Of a stretch of DNA of 64,000 bases, positions 20,270-29,519 are shown one piece after another. The stretch comes from an uncultured Alphaproteobacteria bacterium. GTDB taxonomy: Bacteria > Pseudomonadota > Alphaproteobacteria > HIMB59 > GCA-002718135. The notes under the pieces are model-generated. The model searched no databases and had not been told where the DNA came from. It saw nothing but the letters and a program-made list of their open reading frames with translations. Numbering within the stretch: position 1 is the stretch's first letter; each line of letters opens with the position of its first letter. The stretch is from assembly GCA_902597015.1 (NCBI GenBank), contig CACJWQ010000006.1:3513-67512 (forward strand), given 5' to 3'. A program made the position numbers and the translations under genes.

Positions 20270-22208
20270 AATTATTCTTTAAGTTTTTATATACTAATTC
20301 AAATTCTTTTAAACATTCTGGATTAGCCAATGATTCTTCATTTTCAATACTTTCACCATTAATTAATTTTTTTATTAAAATTTCAACTATTTTACCACTT
20401 CTAGTCCTTGGTATTTCATTTATAGCATATATTTGTGAGGGAATATGCTTGAAAGAAAGATTAATTTTTATTTCATTTATTATTTTAGATCTTAAATTTT
20501 CATTAAATTCAAAATTTTTATTCAAGACAACAAATAATATAATTTGTGTATCATTTTTTAATTTATATTCCACAGCAACAGCTTCCTGAACTTCTGTAAT
20601 ATTTTCAATTACTCTATAAATTTCTGCAGTACCTATTCTTACTCCTCCAGAATTTAGAGTTGCATCTGATCGACCATAAATAACATAACCGCCATTTATG
20701 GTTTTTTCAATATAATCTCCATGATACCAAATGTTTTTATATTTACTAAAATAAGAGTTAAAATATTTTTTATTATCTGGATCGTTCCAAAAATATAATG
20801 GCATTGATGGAAAAGATGACTTACAAACAAGTTCTCCTTTTTGATTTTCAATTGAATTTCCTTTTTCATCAAATACATCAACATCCATTCCAAGAGCTTT
20901 ACATTGAATTTCTCCACTATAGACATCCATTAATGGATTGCCGGTAACAAAACACGAAACTAAATCAGTACCACCACTTATAGATTCAAGATGAATATTT
21001 GATTTGATGTTTTCATAAACATATTCAAATGTTTCATTAACTAAAGGAGATCCTGTAGAGGCTAATGTATTTAAACTATTTAATTTAAAACTTTCTTTAA
21101 TATTAATTTTATTATTTTTTAAAGTATCTAAAAATTTTGCACCAGTCCCAAAAAAATTAATACCTTCTTCTTCTACTATTTCAAAAAGATGTTTATTATC
21201 AGGAATAAAAGGTGATCCATCATATAAAATTATTGTTGCTTTTGATGCTAAAGCAGAAACTAACCAATTCCACATCATCCACCCACAAGTAGTAAAATAA
21301 AAAACTCTATCTTTTTCATTAATATCACAATGAAGTACATGTTCTTTTTTGTGTTGAATTAGTGCTCCACCAGAACTGTGAACAATACATTTTGGTACTC
21401 CAGTAGTTCCACTTGAATAAAGAATATACAGTGGGTGATTAAAATTAAACTTTTCAAATTTACTATACTCAATTTCTTGTTGTAAAATGTTGTACAAATT
21501 ATCGTATTCAAAATCTAGTTGATAATCCGTTTTGTTAAATTCATATGGTATTAAAATAATTTTTTCTATACTTGGGATATTATATATTACATCTTTTATA
21601 ACTTTTGTCGTATCAACTCTTTTATTGTTATAAAAATAATAATCTGAAAATAATAATACTTTTGGTTCAATTTGTTTAAATCTATCTACAATTGCTTTTT
21701 TACCAAAATCTGATGAACATGATGACCAAATAGCACCTAATTGTGCTGTAGATAAAAATGAAATTACAGTTTCAGGTATATTTGGAAGTATAGCAGCTAT
21801 CCTATCATTTTTTTGAATGTTGTTATTTTTTAAATAACTCGCAAATTTAAAAACTGCACTTCTAAGCTCTCTCCAAGAATAGTTTCTTTTATTTTTTTTT
21901 TCAGAGTAAAATATTATTGAGTCATCATCATCTTCTCTTGTTAAACAATTTTCTGTATAATTTATTTTACATTCATCAAAAAATTTATTTTTAGTGAATT
22001 CATTTGCTGACTTAAAAACTTTACCTTTTTTTTCACCAACGAAATTTGTGTAGTCCCATACGTTGCTCCAAAATTCATTTTTATTATTTATGCTCCAATT
22101 ATGTAAGTCAGCATAATTTTTTATGTTTAAACTTTTATCTAGTTGATTAATAAACTCATGGAGGTTTGTATTTTTATTATTTGGAGACCACAACTTTATG
22201 TTGTGCAT
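20259..22208 (-). CDS. Acetoacetate-CoA ligase
   Basis: YSSGTTGVPKCIVH, FYFTTCGWMMWNW, SGGTD, GRSDATLN..GVRIGTAEIY. Confidence 0.92.
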   Translation of the reverse strand: MHNIKLWSPNNKNTNLHEFINQLDKSLNIKNYADLHNWSINNKNEFWSNVWDYTNFVGEKKGKVFKSANEFTKNKFFDECKINYTENCLTREDDDDSIIFYSEKKNKRNYSWRELRSAVFKFASYLKNNNIQKNDRIAAILPNIPETVISFLSTAQLGAIWSSCSSDFGKKAIVDRFKQIEPKVLLFSDYYFYNNKRVDTTKVIKDVIYNIPSIEKIILIPYEFNKTDYQLDFEYDNLYNILQQEIEYSKFEKFNFNHPLYILYSSGTTGVPKCIVHSSGGALIQHKKEHVLHCDINEKDRVFYFTTCGWMMWNWLVSALASKATIILYDGSPFIPDNKHLFEIVEEEGINFFGTGAKFLDTLKNNKINIKESFKLNSLNTLASTGSPLVNETFEYVYENIKSNIHLESISGGTDLVSCFVTGNPLMDVYSGEIQCKALGMDVDVFDEKGNSIENQKGELVCKSSFPSMPLYFWNDPDNKKYFNSYFSKYKNIWYHGDYIEKTINGGYVIYGRSDATLNSGGVRIGTAEIYRVIENITEVQEAVAVEYKLKNDTQIILFVVLNKNFEFNENLRSKIINEIKINLSFKHIPSQIYAINEIPRTRSGKIVEILIKKLINGESIENEESLANPECLKEFELVYKNLKNNYAK

Positions 22209-22214
22209 AATAAA

Positions 22215-22670
22215 TTAACTCTTTTTTTGGTCTTCTTTAAGAGATCTAACTCTGACAATAACATCAATATTATGCAATGAAAGACAAGCAGGGATAGAAG
22301 GTATATCAAGATTAATATTTTTTGTTGGTATATCATGTATCTTACCTTCATCTTCAATGTACAAATGATAATGAGATTTATTATTATTGCAATAGAGTGA
22401 TTTGTTTTGGTCAACAACTATTTCTCTAATTAATCCTAACGAGGTAAATTGTTTTAAGGTGTTGTAAATTGTAGCCATAGAAATTTTTCTATCTTCTTTT
22501 TTTACTTCATCAAAAAGATTTTCAGCAGATATATGCCTGTCACCTTTTTCAAAAATTAATTTAGCTAAAATTCTTCTTTGTTTTGTAGGTCTAATACCAC
22601 TTTCCTCTATTTTTTTCAGTGCACGGCTATATGGACTTAGAGGATCAATTACTTTGTTTTCTATTCTCAT
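22215..22670 (-). CDS. irr: Iron response regulator Irr (Fur family)
   Basis: GIRPTKQR, RHISAE, SMATIYNTL, HYH motif, DVIVRV tail. Confidence 0.85.
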   Translation of the reverse strand: MRIENKVIDPLSPYSRALKKIEESGIRPTKQRRILAKLIFEKGDRHISAENLFDEVKKEDRKISMATIYNTLKQFTSLGLIREIVVDQNKSLYCNNNKSHYHLYIEDEGKIHDIPTKNINLDIPSIPACLSLHNIDVIVRVRSLKEDQKKS

Positions 22671-22686
22671 AATATTATAATAAATA

Positions 22687-23484
22687 ATGAATTACATTTT
22701 TTCTGCAATTTTTCTATATTTTTTTTTAGGTTTTCTTTTGTATATCTTTCAAAGACGGATTGTTTTTAATAAATCCGGTCATCCAGGCGCACCAAAGGAT
22801 TATAACTTGGGTGATACAGAAGCAGTTTATATTAAAACTGAGGATAACTTAAAGCTGTTATCATGGTATCATAAAGGGAATGATTCACTCCCTTTACTAG
22901 TTTATTTTCATGGAAATTCTTTTCATATCGGAGATAGAGCCTACAGAATCCAGAGGTATATAGAAAAAAATTGGAGCGTACTTTTAGTTTCCTGGAGAGG
23001 TTTTGGGGGCAATGAAGGAAATCCAACAGAAAAAAATTTATATAAAGATGCAGAAGCAGTATTAAAATGGATTAAAAATAATACTGAATTTAAATTCAAA
23101 GAATTAGTGATTTATGGAGAATCACTCGGATCTGGCGCTGCAGTAGAAATGGGCACAAAGTATGAATTTTTATCTATTGTTTTAGAAGCCCCATTTACAT
23201 CTATCAATGATATTGCAAAAAAAAGATATAAAATATTTCCAACAAAATATTTAGTTAAAGATAAATTCGATAACTTCAGTAAAATTGATAAAATAACCTC
23301 ACCATTACTTATCATTAGTGGCAAAAAGGATGAAATTGTACCACATGAACACAGTATTAAGCTTTATGATAAAGCAAAAGGTATAAAAAAGAGTGTTTTT
23401 ATTGACGAAGCAATACACAATAATCTATATGATTTCGGGATTGAAAAAGACGTGATTGGCTTTAATTTAAAACTATGGAAATAG
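22687..23484 (+). CDS. Alpha/beta hydrolase (ABHD/Bem46-like)
   Basis: YFHGN, GESLG nucleophile, DEIVP, HNN. Confidence 0.88.
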   Translation: MNYIFSAIFLYFFLGFLLYIFQRRIVFNKSGHPGAPKDYNLGDTEAVYIKTEDNLKLLSWYHKGNDSLPLLVYFHGNSFHIGDRAYRIQRYIEKNWSVLLVSWRGFGGNEGNPTEKNLYKDAEAVLKWIKNNTEFKFKELVIYGESLGSGAAVEMGTKYEFLSIVLEAPFTSINDIAKKRYKIFPTKYLVKDKFDNFSKIDKITSPLLIISGKKDEIVPHEHSIKLYDKAKGIKKSVFIDEAIHNNLYDFGIEKDVIGFNLKLWK

Positions 23485-24776
23485 ATCTAACAACATCATA
23501 TGTAGGCATTTTAAGCCTTATTGTATTTGTTCTTGCATATGCTGTTGTAATGGCTGAAGAATTTAGTCATTTAAGAAAATCTAAACCAGTTATTATTTCA
23601 GCTGCTGTAATATGGGGTATTATAGCATTCCATTTTTCTTCAGATAAGCAATATGCCAAAGAAATTGAGTATGCATTAGAACATAATATCTTAGAATTCG
23701 CAGAACTTTTCCTATTTTTGCTCGTTGCTATGACTTACATTAATGCTTTAGAAGAAAGAAAAGTTTTTGATGTAGTCAGATACCAATTAACATCAAGGGG
23801 ATTTAGCTTTAGACAATTATTTATATTCACAGGTATTATTACTTTTTTCCTATCTCCTATAGCTGATAACTTAACAACTGCACTAGTCATGTGTTCTGTA
23901 GTCATGGCCTGTGGTAAAGGTAATACAAAATTTATTTCGATTGGTTGTATTAATATAGTTGTTGCAGCTAATGCAGGCGGAGCATTTAGTCCATTTGGAG
24001 ATATAACAACGTTAATGGTATGGCAGGCTGGTATAGTTGAATTTTTTACTTTTTTTAAAATATTTTTTCCTTCTGTGGTTAATTACATAATACCTGCAGC
24101 AGTTATGTATTTCTTTATTCCAAATGAAAAACCACAAATTAGTTCTGATAGAGAATATATGAAAAGAGGTGGACGAGTAATTATCTTTTTAGGTTTGTTA
24201 ACAATCTTTAGTGCTGTAAATTTCCATAATATTCTTCACTTACCTCCAATGCTTGGTATGATGTTTGGTCTTGGTCTTCTTGGGTTATATTCTTTTTACT
24301 TACAAATTACACATGATCCATCTGTTGAAGACGAAAAATTTGATTTCTTTAGAAAAGTTTCAAGAGCTGAATGGGACACTTTGTTATTCTTCTTCGGAGT
24401 TATTCTAAGTGTAGGTGGCCTAGGGTTTATAGGTTACCTAACTGTTGTTTCAGAATTCTTATATATTGGACTTGGTCCAACAATGGCTAATTCTATAGTA
24501 GGTGTTCTGTCAGCTATCGTAGACAATATACCAGTAATGTTTGCTGTAATTACTATGAGACCGGAAATGTCAATTGATCAATGGTTATTAGTTACATTAA
24601 CAACAGGGGTGGGTGGCAGCCTATTGTCAATCGGTTCAGCTGCAGGTGTAGCACTTATGGGACAAGCAAGAGGGTATTACACGTTTTTTGGACATTTAAA
24701 ATGGACTCCAGTTATATTTGTTGGCTATGTAGCGAGTATTTATCTTCACGTTTTAATGGCTGATTTGCCTTGGTAA
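23475..24776 (+). CDS. nhaD: NhaD-family Na+/H+ antiporter
   Basis: LRKSKP, ADNLTTAL, NAGGAFSPFGDITT, VDNIP, GGSLLSIGSAAGVA. Confidence 0.92.
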   Translation: MEIDLTTSYVGILSLIVFVLAYAVVMAEEFSHLRKSKPVIISAAVIWGIIAFHFSSDKQYAKEIEYALEHNILEFAELFLFLLVAMTYINALEERKVFDVVRYQLTSRGFSFRQLFIFTGIITFFLSPIADNLTTALVMCSVVMACGKGNTKFISIGCINIVVAANAGGAFSPFGDITTLMVWQAGIVEFFTFFKIFFPSVVNYIIPAAVMYFFIPNEKPQISSDREYMKRGGRVIIFLGLLTIFSAVNFHNILHLPPMLGMMFGLGLLGLYSFYLQITHDPSVEDEKFDFFRKVSRAEWDTLLFFFGVILSVGGLGFIGYLTVVSEFLYIGLGPTMANSIVGVLSAIVDNIPVMFAVITMRPEMSIDQWLLVTLTTGVGGSLLSIGSAAGVALMGQARGYYTFFGHLKWTPVIFVGYVASIYLHVLMADLPW

Positions 24777-26335
24777 TTTAAATTATCAATTAATAAAAAA
24801 ATAATCATACTAAGTACTAAAATTACACCAGCAACAAAAGAAGCTTCGTTAAATTTATAAACACTAATCAATTTATATAAGTAAGATGGCAAAGTATCAA
24901 AGTTTTGATCTTTAAAAAATGATATTATTGTAAAATCACCAAAAGTAATAACTGTCGAAAATGCAAAAACAAAAATTATATTTTTCTTAATCATTGGTAG
25001 TAAAATAATAAAATAATTTATTATACTAATACGAAAAGTTTGCTGAAAATTTTCAAAATTTAAAAAAATATTTTTCAGGTTATTAAAAAGTATTAATATA
25101 GAAAAAGGTAATAAGAAAAGACAATTTATCAAAATTATCACAAAATATTTAAAAAATTGCACATATCTTAATTCACCTAATACAATAAAATAACCAAGAC
25201 TAAATATAATTGGAGAAATAATTATTATTGAAGAGCTTATTAAAAAAATTGATTGCTGAAAAATCAAATTTTTATAATTTATTACAAGTATAGATGAAAG
25301 TATAAATCCAGATATGCTAACAATTATTCCTGTAGTAATTGAAATAATGAGAGAATTAAAAAAAGATTCTAAAAATTTTTCATTAATTAAAGATAAATAA
25401 ATACCATTATTTATAAAATGATAAATTACAGAAAGTATTGGAGAAAAAAGAAATATCGAAAAAAATACAATTATTAAAAAATCTATAATTTTTATAGCTT
25501 TGTATTCTTTATGAGGATGAATAAAATTAATTTGATCTATCTCAAAAAAATTTGAACCTTTTAGTTTATAAAAACCAATAAATAAAAAAAATAAACAGAT
25601 AAAAATTTGTAAAAAACTGAGTAAAATCGCTTTATTAAAATTTAGTTCAAAAAGTGCATATTGATAAATTGCCACTTCAATTGTTGAATACATAGGTCCA
25701 CCACCTAATGCCATTACTATTGCAAAACTTAAAAAACAAAGAGAGAATATTATTGAGAACACAGTAAAAAAAACTTGCCTTATATAAGGTATTTCTAATT
25801 TAAGAAGATTACCAAAAAAAGTAATGTTTAGAGAACTAGATATTTCATAATATTTTAAAGGAATACTATTTACGGATTGAAAAAATAATCGGGTCGCAAA
25901 TGGTGTATTTAGGAGTATATGAGCAATTAAAATTGCTTTTATTCCAAAAATTGTCTCTATTGATAAATTTTCGTACAAATTAAAATACAAATTATAAAAT
26001 CCATTATGTCCAAAGAGTTTAATTACTGCAAATACTATTAATATTGTTGGTATTACAAAGCAAAAACCACAAAGAGAAATGATAAATTTAATAATTTTTA
26101 AATTCTTATGTCTATTTAATGCTAATGCGAATGGAATAGCTAAAAAACAACTTAATAGTGCTGAAAGAAAAGCCTGATATAATGAAAAATAGATTAAACG
26201 ATGTGTATATGAATTTTGAAAAAAATTATAAATATTATCTAAATCAAAGTTAATTTTTGAAAAAATACCTATGAAAGGTAATAGGATAATTAATCCAAAA
26301 AAAAATAATACTGAATAATTATATTTATAATACAA
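24746..26335 (-). CDS. thiP: Thiamine ABC transporter permease
   Basis: Two-repeat permease with QAFLSALLS, AHILLN, LGGGP..TIEVAIYQ, GDF; follows thiB. Confidence 0.85.
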   Translation of the reverse strand: MYYKYNYSVLFFFGLIILLPFIGIFSKINFDLDNIYNFFQNSYTHRLIYFSLYQAFLSALLSCFLAIPFALALNRHKNLKIIKFIISLCGFCFVIPTILIVFAVIKLFGHNGFYNLYFNLYENLSIETIFGIKAILIAHILLNTPFATRLFFQSVNSIPLKYYEISSSLNITFFGNLLKLEIPYIRQVFFTVFSIIFSLCFLSFAIVMALGGGPMYSTIEVAIYQYALFELNFNKAILLSFLQIFICLFFLFIGFYKLKGSNFFEIDQINFIHPHKEYKAIKIIDFLIIVFFSIFLFSPILSVIYHFINNGIYLSLINEKFLESFFNSLIISITTGIIVSISGFILSSILVINYKNLIFQQSIFLISSSIIIISPIIFSLGYFIVLGELRYVQFFKYFVIILINCLFLLPFSILILFNNLKNIFLNFENFQQTFRISIINYFIILLPMIKKNIIFVFAFSTVITFGDFTIISFFKDQNFDTLPSYLYKLISVYKFNEASFVAGVILVLSMIIFLLIDNLNYQGKSAIKT

Positions 26336-26340
26336 TTTAT

Positions 26341-27324
26341 TTATGAGGCATTAAGCCACTCATCAATCCATTTTTCTTTATTCTTATTAATTTCTTTTGG
26401 ATCCATTTGAATAAAGTTAGGAACATCTAGTTTATCAAATGCTTCAGGTAAATCTTTTATATTTGTTACAGGGTACATAATATTTGTTGATGGTATGACT
26501 GATTGAAATTCTTCTGACAACATAAAGTTAAGAAATTTATTTGCCAAATCTTTATTTTGTGAATTACTTAAAATGCCTGCAAATTCAATTGTTATATAAT
26601 TTCCCTCTTCAAAAGTTGTAGCAAGAATATCATACCTTTCTTCAAACATAATATGTGCAGCTGGAGATGTAGTATAACTTAATACCATGTCAGCTTCGCC
26701 TGCCATAAAAAAATTATAATAGGCATCTGTCCAACCTTTGGTAACGGAAATAATTTTTTTATTTAATTTTTTCCATTCATCTTCAGCTTTATCTCCATAT
26801 AAAGCTTTCATCCAAGTTAATAATCCTAATCCAGGGGTAGAGGTTCTTGGGTCTTGGATTACAATTCTAGCATTAGTAGAATTAATTAACTCATCCATGG
26901 ATTTTGGAGGTGTCTCTAAATTTGCTTCATTATACACAAAAGAAAAGTATCCATAATTATATGGAACAAATTTATTACTTTCCCATTTCAATGGTAAATT
27001 AATTAATTTGTTTATGTCATTCATATTATGAGTTGTAAAAAGCTCAGATTGTTCAGCTAAATCAATTAAATTCATATCAAGACCTAAAACTATATCTGCC
27101 TTAGAAGTATCTCCCTCTAAAATAACTTTATTCAACAATGTAGCAGCACTGTCTACAGCAACAAAATCTACATCTGAATTATATTTTTCTTCAAATATTT
27201 TTTCGATGATAGGTCCGGGACCCCATTCTGAAACAAAAGAGTCGTAGGTATAAATAGTTAGTTTCTCAGCATAGATTGAGAAAGAGATAAATAAAGTAGT
27301 AAAAAAAATTAATAATGTTTTCAT
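26341..27324 (-). CDS. thiB: Thiamine ABC transporter substrate-binding protein
   Basis: YTYDSFVSEWGPGP, QDPRTSTPGLG, SYTTSPA; TPP riboswitch upstream. Confidence 0.95.
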   Translation of the reverse strand: MKTLLIFFTTLFISFSIYAEKLTIYTYDSFVSEWGPGPIIEKIFEEKYNSDVDFVAVDSAATLLNKVILEGDTSKADIVLGLDMNLIDLAEQSELFTTHNMNDINKLINLPLKWESNKFVPYNYGYFSFVYNEANLETPPKSMDELINSTNARIVIQDPRTSTPGLGLLTWMKALYGDKAEDEWKKLNKKIISVTKGWTDAYYNFFMAGEADMVLSYTTSPAAHIMFEERYDILATTFEEGNYITIEFAGILSNSQNKDLANKFLNFMLSEEFQSVIPSTNIMYPVTNIKDLPEAFDKLDVPNFIQMDPKEINKNKEKWIDEWLNAS

Positions 27325-27396
27325 TTTTCCTCCGCTGGCATTATCCAGATCAGGTTAAAAGGGTATAAATCTCAGCATTTAAGCACCCCTAAAATT
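27325..27396 (-). ncRNA. TPP (THI-box) riboswitch
   Basis: Reverse strand reads AGGGGTGC-TTAAAT-GCTGAGA...ACCC...AACCTGATC-TGGATAATGCCAG-CGGAGG directly before thiB ATG. Confidence 0.93.
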
Positions 27397-27474
27397 ATTA
27401 TAATAAATTTTATTTTAGAAAACAAACACAAAAGAATTGTTTTTAGCTTATTTATGAATATAACAAATTTTTTT

Positions 27475-27551
27475 CGGGGAGTAGCGCAGCCTGGTAGCGC
27501 ACCTGGTTTGGGACCAGGGGGTCGAAGGTTCGAATCCTTTCTCCCCGACCA
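27475..27551 (+). tRNA. tRNA-Pro(TGG)
   Basis: CGGGGAG...CTCCCCG-A-CCA, anticodon loop TTTGGGA. Confidence 0.96.
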
Positions 27552-27602
27552 TTATTTAATTTTCTTCTTTAAAATTATCATATTTGCTTTAGTAAAAATT
27601 AA

Positions 27603-28295
27603 ATGAATTTGAAACTAATATATGGCAACATGAGAGCTCTTTGTGAAGCTCCCCAGATGATGCTACATTACGCAGATATTCCCTATGAATACAAAATGGT
27701 ATGGGATCATTATGGAAGTAGCTGGGCAGAAGTTAAAAAGGATATTATTTTTAATAGATTACCTATTTTAATAATAAATGAAGATAAATATCTTTGGCAA
27801 AGCAATACAATTATTCGATATCTCTCTAATTTAACAAACACAAAACCTTTCGATGAATTTCAATTAGCGTACTGTGATGCTATTTTTGAATCAACTCATG
27901 AAATGTTTTCTCCTTTGAATCCAACTATAAATATGACTTTTGGTGAAAAATATAATTCTAATAAAAAGAAACTTTTAGAAGATATTTTGCCAAATTCTTT
28001 AAATAATTTTGAAAAACTTTTACAAAATAGTTCAGGTAATTTTTTTATAGGCAATGATCCATTTTACTGTGATTTTAATGCTTATCATCATTTTTCAATG
28101 TGCTTAATATTAGATAAAAATATTTTCTCAAATTTTCCAAATTTAAAAAAATTTATCAATAATTTTGAAAAACTTAATAATATTAAAAATTATTTAGATG
28201 GTAGACCAGAGTTGGTAGAACTAGGGAAGTCACCTCATTTTCTTATTGATGGTAAAAAAATTCCTACAGGTTTAAACCCAAATAAAAAGTATTAA
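27603..28295 (+). CDS. Glutathione S-transferase
   Basis: N-terminal LIY..RALCE, FNRLPIL, QSNTIIRYL, C-terminal YLDGRP. Confidence 0.82.
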   Translation: MNLKLIYGNMRALCEAPQMMLHYADIPYEYKMVWDHYGSSWAEVKKDIIFNRLPILIINEDKYLWQSNTIIRYLSNLTNTKPFDEFQLAYCDAIFESTHEMFSPLNPTINMTFGEKYNSNKKKLLEDILPNSLNNFEKLLQNSSGNFFIGNDPFYCDFNAYHHFSMCLILDKNIFSNFPNLKKFINNFEKLNNIKNYLDGRPELVELGKSPHFLIDGKKIPTGLNPNKKY

Positions 28296-28311
28296 TTTAT
28301 TTAGATTTTTA

Positions 28312-29469
28312 ATGTTTAATTTTTATTCTACTGCAGGATTAATTTTTGGTAATGAAACTTCTCTTAATTCTTGTAGTCAGATTAATGATACATTGGGTAA
28401 AAATATATTTGTAGTATCTGATAGAGGTCTGACTGAACTAGGCTTGATTGAGCCAACAATTAAAAAACTTAAAAAAAATTGTAATATTAAAATATTTAAT
28501 GACGTTGAGTCTGATCCATCAAAAAAAACATTATTAAATGCATTTAGTGATGCAAGAGAATTTGAATCTACTGGAGTTTTAGGTTTTGGTGGGGGTTCAT
28601 CTATGGATGTTGCAAAGCTTGTATCTTTACTTCTTGGATCAAATCAGCAAATTGAAACAATCTGGGGTGTTAATAATGCAAAAGGCCCAAGGCTACCACT
28701 TGTACTTATTCCTACAACAGCAGGAACTGGATCAGAAGTTACACCAATTTCAATAATAACGATGGATGATAAAGAAAAAAAAGGAGTTTCTTCTAAATTT
28801 ATATTACCTGATCTTGCAATTTTAGATCCATTGTTAACAACTAATTTACCCGCTACTATAACTGCATCAACCGGAATAGATGCAATGGTTCATGCAATTG
28901 AAGCTTTTACATCTATAAATTCAAACAATAATCCTGTTTCAAAAATGTTATCTATAGAAGCACTCAAGCTTCTTGGCTCATCAATTAAAACTGCTGTATT
29001 TGATGGACATAATATAAATGCAAGATCAAATATGCTACTTGGATCAATGCTAGCAGGTAAAGCTTTTGCAAATTCTCCAGTAGCAGCAGTTCATGCATTA
29101 GCATATCCTATCGGAGGTTTATTTAATATCTCTCATGGGTTATCAAATTCTTTAGTTCTTACAAGTGTTATGAAATTCAATTCCAAAAATGAAGAAACAA
29201 AAAAAAATTATGCTAATCTTGCACCATACGTATTTAAAAATTTAGATAATAGTAAAAATGATGAGTTTTTGTGTAACAATTTTATAGATGGTTTAGAAAG
29301 ATTGTGTAAGGAACTTAATTTACCTTATAGGCTTAGAGATTTAGAAATTCCTGAGGAAGCTTGCAAGTTGATGGCTAGTGAAGCAATGAAACAAACCAGA
29401 TTATTAGTTAATAATCCTCGGAAAATTGAAGAATCTGATGCCTATAATATATACAAGTCTGTTTGGTAG
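28312..29469 (+). CDS. Iron-containing alcohol dehydrogenase
   Basis: GGGSSMDVAK, PTTAGTGSEVT, DAMVHAIE, VHALAYP, SHG metal ligands. Confidence 0.92.
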   Translation: MFNFYSTAGLIFGNETSLNSCSQINDTLGKNIFVVSDRGLTELGLIEPTIKKLKKNCNIKIFNDVESDPSKKTLLNAFSDAREFESTGVLGFGGGSSMDVAKLVSLLLGSNQQIETIWGVNNAKGPRLPLVLIPTTAGTGSEVTPISIITMDDKEKKGVSSKFILPDLAILDPLLTTNLPATITASTGIDAMVHAIEAFTSINSNNNPVSKMLSIEALKLLGSSIKTAVFDGHNINARSNMLLGSMLAGKAFANSPVAAVHALAYPIGGLFNISHGLSNSLVLTSVMKFNSKNEETKKNYANLAPYVFKNLDNSKNDEFLCNNFIDGLERLCKELNLPYRLRDLEIPEEACKLMASEAMKQTRLLVNNPRKIEESDAYNIYKSVW

Positions 29470-29519
29470 ATTTTGTTTACTTATAAATTAATTTACCTAT
29501 TTAATTAACATAGATCTTA

